Counted from the first letter of the stretch, positions 1 through 11,046 are shown. The stretch is DNA of 64,000 nucleotides from Candidatus Saccharimonadales bacterium (GCA_035710125.1 DASTDY010000077.1:5401-69400), one strand, 5' to 3'. Notes: generated by a model not told the origin, from the sequence alone. Numbers and translations are program-made.

Positions 1-1
1 A

Positions 2-1168
2 TTCGGAACGTCAGAAGATGATCCAGGCCACCCGGGCGCCGATTTAACAGATTCAATCATGCTGCTTAGTGTTAACCAGAAGCGCAAAGATGCCTTCTTG
101 GTGAGCATCCCCCGTGACTTTTACGTAAAATACGGCAAGGCTTGCGTACCTGGGTACCAGGGCAAAATAAACAGCGTGTACCAGTGTGGTAAAACTGAAG
201 CCGGCGAAGAAAAAGGCGCGGCCGACCTGCGCGCAAAAGTAGGCGAGATATTCGGCTTAGACGTACAGTACAGCGTGCATGTAAACTACACCGTGCTGCG
301 CCAGGCAGTCGATGCAGTTGGTGGAATTACGGTAGAGATTAAAAGCGATGACGCCCGTGGTATCCTGGACCGCAACTTCGACTGGGATTGCCCCAAAGGC
401 GTCTTCACTTGCTACAACGTAAAATACCCTAATGGCCCCGCAAACTTAAACGGCAAACAAGCCTTGTATTTGGCGCGTGCACGCGGCGATATAGCGCCCA
501 CCTACGGCCTGAGCCGTTCCAACCCCGACCGCCAAGATAACCAGCGCAAGATTTTAATCGCCCTTAAAGACAAGGCTGCGAGTGGCGGTGTGCTCGCAAA
601 CCCTGTAGCAGTCAACAATTTGCTCGATGCGCTCGGCGACAACCTAAGGACTAACTTTATTACCGAAGAAGTTAAGACGCTAATAGATTTAGCGCAAAAT
701 ATACCATCGGCCAGTATTATGTCGTGGAGCCTTGAAGACCCTGCTAGGCCGCTTGCAACCGTAAGCTGTACGGGCGGCAATATCTGCCCTAATAAGGGTA
801 CGTATGATTACACAGAAATCCAGCGCATAGCATCTATTCTGTCTGTTGGTGACTTTGCAGCCCTAGAAAACGCCAAGGTAGATGTCCTTAACGCATCTGG
901 TACGGCTGGCTTAGCCCAAACAAAATCAGCAGAGCTAAAAGAAAAGAATATAACGGTTGGAATTGTAGGCAATGCCCCAACTAGCCTAGGCGTGCAACCG
1001 ATCCAGTTTTACGACATGACGGGCGCAAAACCCGCAACGCTCAAAAAATTAGAGTCCCTGCTCGGCGTAAAGGTAAGCGAAGGCAAGCCAGCTGGTGTAA
1101 GTACAAATTCAGACTTTGTAGTGATTATCGGTGCACAGCCGGCTCCTGCCGCAAATACAAACCAATAG
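2..1168 (+). CDS. LCP (LytR-CpsA-Psr) family envelope phosphotransferase, 5' end cut by window edge
   Basis: Frame stays open back to nt 2 (FGTSEDDPGHPGADLTDSIMLLSVN). LCP-like blocks SIPRD and LNGKQALYLARAR. C-terminal LytR_C-like segment VDVLNASGTAGLA. Confidence 0.8.
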   Translation, partial: FGTSEDDPGHPGADLTDSIMLLSVNQKRKDAFLVSIPRDFYVKYGKACVPGYQGKINSVYQCGKTEAGEEKGAADLRAKVGEIFGLDVQYSVHVNYTVLRQAVDAVGGITVEIKSDDARGILDRNFDWDCPKGVFTCYNVKYPNGPANLNGKQALYLARARGDIAPTYGLSRSNPDRQDNQRKILIALKDKAASGGVLANPVAVNNLLDALGDNLRTNFITEEVKTLIDLAQNIPSASIMSWSLEDPARPLATVSCTGGNICPNKGTYDYTEIQRIASILSVGDFAALENAKVDVLNASGTAGLAQTKSAELKEKNITVGIVGNAPTSLGVQPIQFYDMTGAKPATLKKLESLLGVKVSEGKPAGVSTNSDFVVIIGAQPAPAANTNQ

Positions 1169-1213
1169 CAAAACCCGCCATAAACTGCATGCGAGTGTTA
1201 TAATAAACGTATT

Positions 1214-1981
1214 GTGATGGAGCTTTTAAGAGCAAAAGCCACGCGTACCCGCGTGAGTGAAATAATTTATGTCGGCCTTAACGCCTTACTGCCGCTAGCG
1301 GTGCTGGCGCTAGTACGGTTAGTTGATCCGCCATATCTGGCCGTTGTATTAGTGCTTCTTAGCAAATGGCGGATCCTCGCCCTGCGCCCTCGGTTCTGGT
1401 GGGCAAACATCAAGGCAAACCTAGTGGATATTATGGTAGGCCTTAGCGCCGTGGGGCTCATGTACCTAGCTTCAAACGACCAGCTCTGGTTGCAGATATT
1501 ATTTACAATTTTGTATGGGTTGTGGTTGCTGGTGCTCAAGCCTCGCTCGGGCATTCACGGCATTACTTTACAGGCGGGGATCGCGCAGTTTGTGGGCCTG
1601 CTGGTGCTGTTCCATTTTTACAGGCTCCCCGAGGCGCTTGTGCTGGTCGGGTGTTGGCTGATCGGTTATGTGAGTGCACGGCATATTGTAAGTAACTACG
1701 AAGAAACCCACATTGAGCTGCTTGCTAACCTTTGGGGATTGTTCTTGCTGCAATTGGGCTGGCTTTGTTACCGCTGGACAGTGGTGTATAACTTAGGGTT
1801 GCCTATTTTGATTCCGCAAATTGCGCTTATAATGGTGGTAATTGGCTTTTGCGCGGCACGCATGTACCATGCCAACAAGCACGACCGCATGACTCCCGCG
1901 GCTTTACGTGGTACGGTGCTGTTCGGGTCGGCAATGCTTGCAATAATTTTACTATTCTCACCCTGGGATGCCACAATTTAA
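1214..1981 (+). CDS. multi-pass membrane protein, function unknown
   Basis: 255-aa ORF with repeated hydrophobic helices. GTG at 1214 or ATG at 1217. Tightly packed between the LCP gene and htrA. Confidence 0.6.
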   Translation: MMELLRAKATRTRVSEIIYVGLNALLPLAVLALVRLVDPPYLAVVLVLLSKWRILALRPRFWWANIKANLVDIMVGLSAVGLMYLASNDQLWLQILFTILYGLWLLVLKPRSGIHGITLQAGIAQFVGLLVLFHFYRLPEALVLVGCWLIGYVSARHIVSNYEETHIELLANLWGLFLLQLGWLCYRWTVVYNLGLPILIPQIALIMVVIGFCAARMYHANKHDRMTPAALRGTVLFGSAMLAIILLFSPWDATI

Positions 1982-1990
1982 GGAGGTTTT

Positions 1991-3151
1991 ATGACCGAGC
2001 AGCCTCATCAACCAAGATCGTTTCGTAATTTACTTCGCACACTATGGCCAAAAGCCGCGCCTGTTGTCATTAGCCTAGCCGCCGGATTTGTTGGTGCGTG
2101 GCTTTTGCTTGCCACTGGTATCGTTAAGTCCGAGGCCGCACAGACGCTTACCGATAGCCGGCAAACCTTGGTGCTGCAGCAGGGTGAAATCGTTTCTGAT
2201 GTATTTAAAAAGGTTAGCCCGAGTACTGTAGCGATTACCACCGAGTCTATAAGCACCTCACAGCGGTATCTTGCGCCAAGGGTAAGCGAAGGGGCGGGTA
2301 GCGGCATAATCGTTTCTAAAGACGGCTACGTGCTCACAAACAAGCATGTCGTGCCGAACGGTACGAGCAAGGTGTCTGTTGTTACGTCTGACGGAACACA
2401 GTACGACAACGTGCGGCTAGTCGGCCGCGACCCGAGTAACGACATTGCGTTTTTAAAGATCGACGGCGCTACGGACCTGCCGGCTGCCACAATTGGCGAT
2501 TCCAGCCAAGTAGAGCCTGGCCAGCAAGTTGTTGCCATCGGTAACGCGCTTGGGTTGTTCCGTAATAGTGTGACAAGCGGGATTATTTCGGGGCTGGGCA
2601 GGCCTATCCAGGCGGCAGATGAATCTACTGGAATGGCAGAACAGCTAGAAGACATGCTGCAGACCGATGCTGCCATTAACCCCGGCAACTCTGGTGGCCC
2701 GCTAGTTAATTTAAAGGGCGAGGTAATAGGCATAAACACGGCCGTGTCTCAAGATGGGCAGGGTATTAGTTTTGCGATTCCGATCAATACTGCCCGAGGG
2801 CTCATAAAATCGGTGCTCAACAAGGGTAAGATCGAGAAGGCATTCTTGGGTGTTGCCAACCTCACCATTAATGCAGACGTCGCAAAACAGCTTAATCTAA
2901 GCGTAAAAGCTGGTGCTTTGGTGCGGGCGAGTAGCCGGCAGCCAGCCATAATTGCGGGCAGTCCAGCCGCAAAGGCGGGGATTAAAGCCGGCGATATTAT
3001 AACTAAAGTTAACGGACAGGCAATAACACCCGAATCTGGCCTTCCTTCTAAATTAGCCCAATTTAGCCCTGGCGATACGGTAGAACTTACACTGGTACGT
3101 GATGGCCAAGAACAAAAGATTTCTGTAACCCTAGAAAGCTACCCGCAGTAG
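1991..3151 (+). CDS. htrA: HtrA/DegP-family serine protease with C-terminal PDZ domain
   Basis: N-terminal TM anchor. Trypsin-like blocks VLTNKHV, DIAFLKI and GNSGGPL. PDZ-like tail GSPAAKAGIKAGDIITKVNG. Confidence 0.85.
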   Translation: MTEQPHQPRSFRNLLRTLWPKAAPVVISLAAGFVGAWLLLATGIVKSEAAQTLTDSRQTLVLQQGEIVSDVFKKVSPSTVAITTESISTSQRYLAPRVSEGAGSGIIVSKDGYVLTNKHVVPNGTSKVSVVTSDGTQYDNVRLVGRDPSNDIAFLKIDGATDLPAATIGDSSQVEPGQQVVAIGNALGLFRNSVTSGIISGLGRPIQAADESTGMAEQLEDMLQTDAAINPGNSGGPLVNLKGEVIGINTAVSQDGQGISFAIPINTARGLIKSVLNKGKIEKAFLGVANLTINADVAKQLNLSVKAGALVRASSRQPAIIAGSPAAKAGIKAGDIITKVNGQAITPESGLPSKLAQFSPGDTVELTLVRDGQEQKISVTLESYPQ

Positions 3152-3735
3152 TGCGTCGCGTTATCCCCGATGATGCGATCCTAGTGCCAGACCATGCAGA
3201 ATGCGTTTTTAAAGGTGTTATATTCGATGTCTACCAGTGGCCTCAGCAGTTGTTCGATGGCTCGCACGCCACATTCGAGATGCTCAAGCGCCCTGACACA
3301 GTAAAAACGATCGCCATTAAAGATAATGCCATAATTATGCTCGACGAGCAGCAACCCCACGGCGGGAGTGGCTTTGAGCTACCCGGTGGGCGCCACGACG
3401 TACCTAGCGAAGACGAGCTCGCATGCGCCAAGCGCGAACTACTAGAAGAAACCGGAATGTCTTTTAAAAATTGGCGGCTACTATCTGTGTACCAGCCAGC
3501 TCCAAAGGTAGAAGCATTCGTTTATATCTTTTTAGCTACCGAATTTTTGGAACAAACCACGCCGCACACCGACGCCGGAGAAAAGATTACCTTGCACCCC
3601 GTGAGTTTTGACACATTTTTAAGCCTTGCCCGCGACCCACGGCATGGTACGTACTTGCCGCTGCATGTGCTCGACCAAGCTGGCTCGCTACAGGGTTTAT
3701 TGCAGCTACCGAGCTATTCCAATAAGAACGAATAA
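3151..3735 (+). CDS. NUDIX hydrolase
   Basis: Nudix box GGRHDVPSEDELACAKRELLEETG. GTG start overlaps the htrA stop. Confidence 0.8.
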   Translation: MRRVIPDDAILVPDHAECVFKGVIFDVYQWPQQLFDGSHATFEMLKRPDTVKTIAIKDNAIIMLDEQQPHGGSGFELPGGRHDVPSEDELACAKRELLEETGMSFKNWRLLSVYQPAPKVEAFVYIFLATEFLEQTTPHTDAGEKITLHPVSFDTFLSLARDPRHGTYLPLHVLDQAGSLQGLLQLPSYSNKNE

Positions 3736-3742
3736 AAACTTT

Positions 3743-4186
3743 ATGCACATCGACCCCCGTTTGAATGATATAGACGACTGTTTATACCGTGTCGCAGCCC
3801 GGTTGATTGTACTGCAGGATAATAAGGTATTGCTTATAAAAGAGCGAAGCCACGGCCTATGGGCACTACCAGGTGGCGGAATAGACCATGGCGATAGCAT
3901 ACAATCTAGCTTACTCCGAGAAATACAAGAAGAAATAGGTGTGCCGCCAGGGTATGTGTCCTGTGATTTTGAGATTGTATATTACAATATTGGGACTGTA
4001 GTGAATGCCGTCCCCCGAATGAACCTTTATTTTAAAGCGTCGATTGCCGAAGGCCAGGTTCAAAAAACCAGCCACATAAGCGAACTTGCATGGTTTACAA
4101 AAGACGAGTTTTTAACCTTACAGCTGCACTCATCGTACAACAAAGGCCATCTTGAGGCTGCAATTTGGGGCGATGGTGGCGCCTAA
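3743..4186 (+). CDS. NUDIX hydrolase (second copy)
   Basis: Nudix box GGGIDHGDSIQSSLLREIQEEIG. I moved the start to the ATG at 3743 (MHIDPRLN), because the longer track ORF overlaps the previous gene. Confidence 0.75.
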   Translation: MHIDPRLNDIDDCLYRVAARLIVLQDNKVLLIKERSHGLWALPGGGIDHGDSIQSSLLREIQEEIGVPPGYVSCDFEIVYYNIGTVVNAVPRMNLYFKASIAEGQVQKTSHISELAWFTKDEFLTLQLHSSYNKGHLEAAIWGDGGA

Positions 4187-4194
4187 AAGTGTTG

Positions 4195-4989
4195 TTACAG
4201 CGCGCGGAGTACCACAATAAACCCGTCTGTAGATACATGGCCAAAATGCGGCTTAGCGGCCTTAATGATCGCAGCGTGTTGGCGTGGATCAGCTTCGAGC
4301 ACAAGTAAACCTTGTTTCGTCAGACGACGTGGCGCTTGAAGAAGAAGCTTGTATATGATGTCGAGACCGCCGTTGCTGGCGAATAAAGCTATCTTAGGTT
4401 CAACGCGGGTTTCCGGTGAGCGCTCCCATGATCTATCTACATAAGGCAAATTGGCAACGATCATATCGAACTTACCGGGAACTTTACTTAGAAGGTCAGA
4501 TTTCCAAAAATCAACGTCGGTACCCAGCGAGCAGTTATTGCCGGCCGCTATGTTGAGTGCCTGCTGGCTAATATCGCTGGCTGCCACTGCGCAAGCAGGC
4601 AGCTCCAGTTTGGCGGTTATGGCTATGCAGCCGCTGCCAGTGCCAACATCGAGTAATGACGCGGGGGAGTATTTTTTAACAATTTCTATGATCGTTTCTG
4701 ATTCAGGACGGGGAATAAGTACGTCTGGCGTTACAGTAAAATAGCGGCCGTAAAATTGCTGTTTTTTACGGATGTAGGCGAGCGGTACGTGTTTGCTCCG
4801 GCGCTTGCATTGCTTGCGTAATTTGTAATGCTGGAAAAAGTTCAGTGGCATGTCTAGATGGGCCAGGATCCAGCTTTTATCTTTTTTAAGCTGGTCGCTA
4901 AGTAGTACAAGCACATCTAAACGTGGCGTTGTGATCCCCACAACGCCTAGTGATTTTGTTTGTTGCTGCAAAAAAACGCCAATGGTCAT
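4195..4989 (-). CDS. prmC: release-factor glutamine N5-methyltransferase
   Basis: SAM motif LDVGTGSGCIAI and NPPY-type motif IVANLPYV. Lies directly downstream of prfA. Confidence 0.85.
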   Translation of the reverse strand: MTIGVFLQQQTKSLGVVGITTPRLDVLVLLSDQLKKDKSWILAHLDMPLNFFQHYKLRKQCKRRSKHVPLAYIRKKQQFYGRYFTVTPDVLIPRPESETIIEIVKKYSPASLLDVGTGSGCIAITAKLELPACAVAASDISQQALNIAAGNNCSLGTDVDFWKSDLLSKVPGKFDMIVANLPYVDRSWERSPETRVEPKIALFASNGGLDIIYKLLLQAPRRLTKQGLLVLEADPRQHAAIIKAAKPHFGHVSTDGFIVVLRAL

Positions 4990-4997
4990 GGGCGCGT

Positions 4998-6077
<1,080 letters not shown>

Positions 6078-6113
6078 TTAGAGCGCCCCCGGAGTAGGCG
6101 ATGCCGCCTGAAG

Positions 6114-6455
6114 TTATTTATCTTTAGTTGTTGAGGCTTCTTCGGCCTTTTTGGTGGCTTGAGCAGCAGCCTTTTTAGCCTTGTTGGCAAGGGCTTCGCG
6201 GCGAGCCTTGGCGGCTTCGGTGCGGGCCTTAAAGCGGTCTACGCGGCCTTCGGTGTCAATAAGGGTTTCTTTGCCAGTGTAAAAGGGGTGTGAGGCACTA
6301 CTAATGTATACCTCGAGCAGAGGGTATTCGTTGCCATCTTCCCATTTAATGGTCTTGTCGGTCTTAGCGGTAGATTGCGTTAAAAACGCAAAACCAGCGC
6401 TGGGATCCTGGACCACTACTGGGCGGTAGTCGGTTGGGTGAAGATCTTTTTTCAT
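6114..6455 (-). CDS. rpmE: 50S ribosomal protein L31 (no CxxC, type-B-like) with Lys/Ala-rich C-terminal tail
   Basis: [15 protein letters not shown] ... [24 protein letters not shown]. Start set at the ATG at 6455, since the track start at 6542 is an upstream extension. Confidence 0.9.
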   Translation of the reverse strand: MKKDLHPTDYRPVVVQDPSAGFAFLTQSTAKTDKTIKWEDGNEYPLLEVYISSASHPFYTGKETLIDTEGRVDRFKARTEAAKARREALANKAKKAAAQATKKAEEASTTKDK

Positions 6456-6499
6456 AATCCTTGGTATTTTATCTATTTTTACACTTTTTGTAAAGGGTA

Positions 6500-6543
6500 G
6501 TTGGTGAGCGCTGCGGATACTGCGGTTACGCGCGCTCACCAAC
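6500..6543 (-). terminator. 12-bp GC-rich hairpin downstream of the 6558..7109 cassette
   Basis: GTTGGTGAGCGC (6500-6511) pairs with GCGCTCACCAAC (6532-6543). Confidence 0.6.
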
Positions 6544-6557
6544 CTTCAGAGATCCCT

Positions 6558-7109
6558 TTACGCGACTGGCTGTACGACGCTGGCGTGCCACGTGGTGATG
6601 TGGTCGGTAACCTTGGTTGGCTCGATCGGTTCATCGGAGACCAGGTGCAGAATGCTTGCGGCGGTCCTCCATTGCAAGGATCGTTGCAATTCTTGGCATA
6701 GGGTGTCGTTGGACAACGCTCCAGATGGCACCAGCAGCACGAAGAAGTTGTTCGGGATGTAGTCGATCAACGCCTTGAGCTCGTAGTCGTCGTCTACGAA
6801 CATGTCGGCGTGGATCGACAACACGTAGGGCTCCCCAGGAGCGGCTTGGTTCGCTAGCCAGATGAGGCATTCAACCAGCCGCGCACCATCGCCCAACTGC
6901 GGCCGGTTGCACAGCGCCGGCGGCCGGTACATGTCAAATGGCAGGCCATTGTCGGCGACATCGCCGAAGTAGAACAAGTCGCCAGTGTCGCTGACGAGCT
7001 CCATGTGCGCCAGCGCTTTTACCACGTCGCCGAAGCGGTGCGCCAGGTGGCCATCGGCTTCTTTTACGACGGATTGCTGCACGAGGAACATAGCTTTAAC
7101 CTGAGTCAT
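6558..7109 (-). CDS. GC-rich cassette gene A, hypothetical protein
   Basis: 183-aa ORF with ordinary protein-like composition. Upstream TTGCCA-N18-CATAAT lies on the minus strand at 7163-7192. GC-rich body with an overlapping alternative-frame ORF. Confidence 0.6.
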   Translation of the reverse strand: MTQVKAMFLVQQSVVKEADGHLAHRFGDVVKALAHMELVSDTGDLFYFGDVADNGLPFDMYRPPALCNRPQLGDGARLVECLIWLANQAAPGEPYVLSIHADMFVDDDYELKALIDYIPNNFFVLLVPSGALSNDTLCQELQRSLQWRTAASILHLVSDEPIEPTKVTDHITTWHASVVQPVA

Positions 7110-7192
7110 CGAGCGTCGCGCCCTTTCTGATAGTGGGATCTCAGCCTTTGGGCTGTATATAAATTATGGCTCGCGAAAAGGCTTTTTGGCAA

Positions 7193-8215
7193 CTATAAGG
7201 TATGCCTAGGCGCGAAGCGTTTGCTCCATAAAATAGCTAGCAGAATGAAACCGAGGCCGAGGCTGCCTACAATCCATTCTGGTGGCTCTATGTGGTACAG
7301 TTTGAGCCACATGATGGCACCTAAAAAGGCGATTGCCCAGTGTGCGCCATGTTCTAAGTAAATGTAACGGTCGAGTGCCTTGGTGCGTACTAAATGTACG
7401 GTCATGGCGCGTACCCACACAGCGCCAGCGCCGAGCCCTGCCATAATAAGGAGTACGCTGCTGGTTATGGCGAAGGCGCCGATTACGCCATCGAGCGAAA
7501 ACGACGCGTCTAACACTTGTAAGTACATAAATCCTACAAAGCCGGCAATGCCTGTCTTAACTTTTTTGCCAAGGTGTTTTTTGCCTTGATGTTCAAATGC
7601 AGCGTCTATGAGTTCTAGGCCGGAGTGTAGTGCCATAGCGCAAATAGCAGCTAAAAGCACGGCTGTTTGGTGTTCGTGCTGCACGGTGAGGTATAAAAGT
7701 ATGCTGCCAAGAAGCATGACAAACGTAGTGAGGTTGTCGAACTTGCCAAGTTTTCCTAAGCGTTTTTCGATCCAGTGCAGCCAGTGGGTGTGTTTTTCGT
7801 AGTCTATAAAATAGCTGAGCGCAATAAGGAGTAAAAAGCTGCCGCCAAAGGCGTTAATGGCGGGCGCGGCGATTTCTAGGTAGTGGGCATACGTGTGGGC
7901 ATCGTTGAGCGCCAGGTTAATCACCTGCATAAACCCTAACTGGGCGGTGAGGCACACAATAATAATCGGCACAATAAAGCGCACTAAAAATACGGCTATT
8001 AAAATGCCCACCGTCATGAATAATTTTTGCCACAGCGGCGAGAGCGTTACCAGTACCTTACTGTTTACTACAGCGTTGTCGGCGCTAAAAGTGATTTCTA
8101 ACAGCGTAAGCACTACTACAGTAAACAGTGCTTGCGGCCCACCCCAAATTGCTGCGGCGGCCCAAATTAGAAACGTGCATATAAGTGAAAAGGCGTAGAT
8201 TTTAAGAAGTTTCAT
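7193..8215 (-). CDS. TerC/DUF475-like integral membrane protein
   Basis: Multi-TM protein with block LEITFSADNAVVNSKVL. Start set at the ATG at 8215 (MKLLKIYAF), because the track start at 8236 is a TTG. Confidence 0.6.
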   Translation of the reverse strand: MKLLKIYAFSLICTFLIWAAAAIWGGPQALFTVVVLTLLEITFSADNAVVNSKVLVTLSPLWQKLFMTVGILIAVFLVRFIVPIIIVCLTAQLGFMQVINLALNDAHTYAHYLEIAAPAINAFGGSFLLLIALSYFIDYEKHTHWLHWIEKRLGKLGKFDNLTTFVMLLGSILLYLTVQHEHQTAVLLAAICAMALHSGLELIDAAFEHQGKKHLGKKVKTGIAGFVGFMYLQVLDASFSLDGVIGAFAITSSVLLIMAGLGAGAVWVRAMTVHLVRTKALDRYIYLEHGAHWAIAFLGAIMWLKLYHIEPPEWIVGSLGLGFILLAILWSKRFAPRHTL

Positions 8216-8237
8216 TATTACGTATTGTAGGTGCAAA

Positions 8238-8290
8238 AGAGGCCCGCGGGAAGGGGCTCGAGCGAGAATTTCCCGCGAACCTTTTTTGCG
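8238..8290 (-). terminator. hairpin terminator of cassette B, sharing a 14-nt block with 9053-9066
   Basis: CGCGGGAA (8245-8252) pairs with TTCCCGCG (8270-8277). AGAGGCCCGCGGGA at 8238-8251 is identical to 9053-9066. T runs follow on both strands. Confidence 0.6.
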
Positions 8291-8297
8291 GACCTTG

Positions 8298-8951
8298 CTA
8301 CATCAGTTCTTTCCCTGTGAGCAGTGGCCAGGCCGCTTGTCTTACCCACTGTAATGCGGCTTCGCGGACTGCCAGTGGTGCGTGGATGGTGCCAATGTAC
8401 CGCCGGTAGGTGTGTAGGATGGCTTCGAGCGCATCCACGCGGCCGCTATTGGTGTCACTTTGCTCTAACCGTCTGGCCAGCTTGTATTCTTCGAAGCCGC
8501 CGCTGACAGGTATGTCAAAAAGTGTCATGGCGTGGTCGGTGAGCGTCAGGATGCTTTTGCCGAGGTCTCCAACGTTACCTATTGGGTAGCGGGCACCGTT
8601 GTAACACCGTGAGTGGCGCCTGAGCGCGTGCTCTAGCTCGTTGGTGTGCGTCAGCTTTGCGTCAAATAGCTGCTTGTAGGCCTGGCCAAGGACGCGCAGC
8701 ATCATGGCGGCGCGCATGGTGACAACGAACGCTGGCTCTTGCCAGTACGTGATGGCCATGCATGTCATGGCCGCACGCATAGCAGCGGTGACAGGAGGTG
8801 AGGCTGCGAGGTCGGGGGAGTACAAGATCTCAATCTGCCCAGTCAAGGGAAAGTCGTCGGTAGGTTCGACAGCCGGCAAGCTTTCGGGGCCGAACGCCGT
8901 GCTTGCCACCATAAACACCTGGAAAGCGTTAGTGGGGGTTGTCCTGCACAT
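8298..8951 (-). CDS. GC-rich cassette gene B, hypothetical protein
   Basis: 217-aa ORF. The minus-strand upstream region reads ...cagaTATACTttc...ctAGGAGtcgccATG. Overlapping ORFs in other frames. Confidence 0.55.
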   Translation of the reverse strand: MCRTTPTNAFQVFMVASTAFGPESLPAVEPTDDFPLTGQIEILYSPDLAASPPVTAAMRAAMTCMAITYWQEPAFVVTMRAAMMLRVLGQAYKQLFDAKLTHTNELEHALRRHSRCYNGARYPIGNVGDLGKSILTLTDHAMTLFDIPVSGGFEEYKLARRLEQSDTNSGRVDALEAILHTYRRYIGTIHAPLAVREAALQWVRQAAWPLLTGKELM

Positions 8952-9052
8952 GGCGACTCCTAGTACGAAGTTGCGACCTGTTGATGAAAGTATATCTGAA
9001 TAGTAAGGCGTCGGCTAGGACCACCTAGAAGTTCGCAAATAAAAGGCATGAA

Positions 9053-9129
9053 AGAGGCCCGCGGGAGCGGGCACCGGGGAAGGTGCACCCTTCCCGCGAG
9101 GCCTCTCCCTGACGGGCCGTCACCGTCAG
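9053..9129 (-). terminator. nested hairpins downstream of cassette C
   Basis: AGAGGCCCGCGGGA (9053-9066) pairs with TCCCGCGAGGCCTCT (9092-9106). A second hairpin is CTGACGG (9109-9115) with CCGTCAG (9123-9129). Confidence 0.55.
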
Positions 9130-9150
9130 TCTAGGGGGTGGAGCCGGCGG

Positions 9151-9507
9151 CTAGTGGTGCTGCTGTGTGGTGGGTGCCGGTGTGGTGAACAGCATGCCGC
9201 GGATCTTCAGGTGGAACTCGCCGCAGAACTTGGCGAGGTCGGTGAGCGAATCACCCCACTGGCGTACGGCGAAGCCGAACAGCCCGGTGATCTCGCCAGC
9301 GATGCGTTCGGCGCTGACAGCGTTGCTGCCGCTGGTGCCATGCACTGCCTTTGCTCGGTGGTCCACGGTGCGGATGGTGGTCTGGAGATCCCTGATGTTC
9401 ATCGGTTCGGCGGTGGGCATGGCGCTCCACAGCGTCTCCACGAACTCGCGCGTGACCGGGTGGGCATCGGCAGCCAGCTCTGGCATCTTGGGGCTTTCTT
9501 CCGACAT
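9151..9507 (-). CDS. GC-rich cassette gene C, hypothetical protein
   Basis: 118-aa ORF. Minus-strand upstream has TTGCTT-N17-TATTAT, then cGAGAGGactccgccATG. Three other long ORFs overlap it. Confidence 0.55.
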   Translation of the reverse strand: MSEESPKMPELAADAHPVTREFVETLWSAMPTAEPMNIRDLQTTIRTVDHRAKAVHGTSGSNAVSAERIAGEITGLFGFAVRQWGDSLTDLAKFCGEFHLKIRGMLFTTPAPTTQQHH

Positions 9508-9695
9508 GGCGGAGTCCTCTCGAATCTTGACGATGTTTGGTTATAATAAAACTAACTTGCATAAAAAGCAAATCATTCTAGACAACAGGGGCGGAATCAG
9601 GTATAATTTGAGGGTAAACAATTTTTAACGAATCACCCTGACGCGCGTATATCCTCCCTTAGGGGCAAATGCGCAGGGGAAGAAAGAAGGATTTT

Positions 9696-10406
9696 ATGGC
9701 AGTAGCCGTAGATATTAAGGCCTTGCTCGCCGCTGGCGCACACTTTGGCCACAACACAAGCCGTTGGCACCCTAAAATGGCACCGTTTATTCACAGCAAG
9801 CGGGCCGGCAGCCACATTATTGACCTTACTAAAACAGTAGAAGGCCTCGAGGCGGCGCTGCCATTTATTACAAAGCAGATTGCCTCAGGAAAACAAATCC
9901 TGCTCGTAGGTACTAAGCGCCAGGCAAAAGCGATTGTCCGCGCTGCAGCCGAAGAAATAAAAATGCCGTTTGTAACAGAACGCTGGATGGGCGGCATGCT
10001 TACAAACGTACAAACCGTCTCGACCCGAATCAAACACCTTAAATTACTCGAGACCCGTATGGCTTCGGGCGAGCTTGCAAACCGCTATAACAAACTAGAG
10101 GTGCAACGTTTCCAAGAAGAAATAGACGACCTCAACCTTAAATACGGTGGTATCAAAGACCTAAACGGCCAGCCAGGCGTGATGTTTGTGGTAGACGTAA
10201 TTGCCGAACAAAACGCGATTAACGAAGCCAAGCGCCTTGGTGTGCCTGTGGTCGCAATTGTAGACAGCAACGCCAATCCAACTGGTATCGATTACGTAAT
10301 CCCTGCAAACGACGACGCCATTAAAAGCATCCAGCTGATTGTTGATTACGTAAAACAAGCTGTTGCCGAAGGCATGGCTAACCGCAAAACAGTAACCGAA
10401 AAATAG
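9696..10406 (+). CDS. rpsB: 30S ribosomal protein S2
   Basis: MAVAVDIKALLAAGAHFGH... Start moved to the ATG at 9696. TAGACA-N17-TATAAT lies upstream. Confidence 0.95.
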   Translation: MAVAVDIKALLAAGAHFGHNTSRWHPKMAPFIHSKRAGSHIIDLTKTVEGLEAALPFITKQIASGKQILLVGTKRQAKAIVRAAAEEIKMPFVTERWMGGMLTNVQTVSTRIKHLKLLETRMASGELANRYNKLEVQRFQEEIDDLNLKYGGIKDLNGQPGVMFVVDVIAEQNAINEAKRLGVPVVAIVDSNANPTGIDYVIPANDDAIKSIQLIVDYVKQAVAEGMANRKTVTEK

Positions 10407-10419
10407 GGGATCCATAAAA

Positions 10420-11022
10420 ATGGCAGTCTCACTCGAAGAAGTAAAAAAACTTAAAGAATTAACTGGCGTAGGCTTAACCGACGCCAAAAAAGCACTCGAA
10501 GAAGCAAGCGGCGACTTCGACAAAGCCCTTGCCGAAATGCGCAAAAAGGGTATGACCAAAGCAGAAAAGCGCGGCGAGCGCGAAGCTAGCCAGGGGTTGA
10601 TCGAGGCCTACGTGCATGGTGCCCGCATTGGCGTTTTAGTAGAGATCAACTGCGAAACCGACTTTGTTGCCCGTACCGACGATTTTAAAAACCTTGCCCA
10701 CGATGTTGCTATGCACGTTGCTGCAACAAGCCCGCTTTACATAAGCACCGACCAAATCCCGGCCGACGTGCGAGATGCCAAAGCCGCAGAGTTTACCGAA
10801 AAGGTAAAAGCAGAAGGCAAACCAGAGGCCATGGTTCCAAAAATTGTTGACGGCATGCTTAACAAGTATTTTGCCGAACAATGTTTACTAGAACAGCCTT
10901 TTATTAAGAACCCCGATGAAACCGTTGGCGACTTAGTAAAAAACCACGGTGCAAAGTTAGGCGAAAACATTGTAGTGCGCCGCATTGCCCGTTTTGAACT
11001 TGGCGTAAGCGAACAAAAATAG
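10420..11022 (+). CDS. tsf: elongation factor Ts (short, 200-aa form)
   Basis: UBA-like N-terminus VKKLKELTGVGLTDAKKALEEASGDFDKA and core block NCETDFVART. Confidence 0.95.
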   Translation: MAVSLEEVKKLKELTGVGLTDAKKALEEASGDFDKALAEMRKKGMTKAEKRGEREASQGLIEAYVHGARIGVLVEINCETDFVARTDDFKNLAHDVAMHVAATSPLYISTDQIPADVRDAKAAEFTEKVKAEGKPEAMVPKIVDGMLNKYFAEQCLLEQPFIKNPDETVGDLVKNHGAKLGENIVVRRIARFELGVSEQK

Positions 11023-11046
11023 TATTCTTTTTACCCCAAGACGTAC

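Noticed and set aside
3626-3742. N-terminal extensions of track ORFs (also 6456..6542, 9669..9695, 28359..28634, 34007..34057, 49147..49293, 60856..61011)
   Set aside because: These are longest-ORF artefacts. The extensions overlap neighbouring genes or promoters and lack homology-like sequence, while internal ATGs give canonical N-termini.
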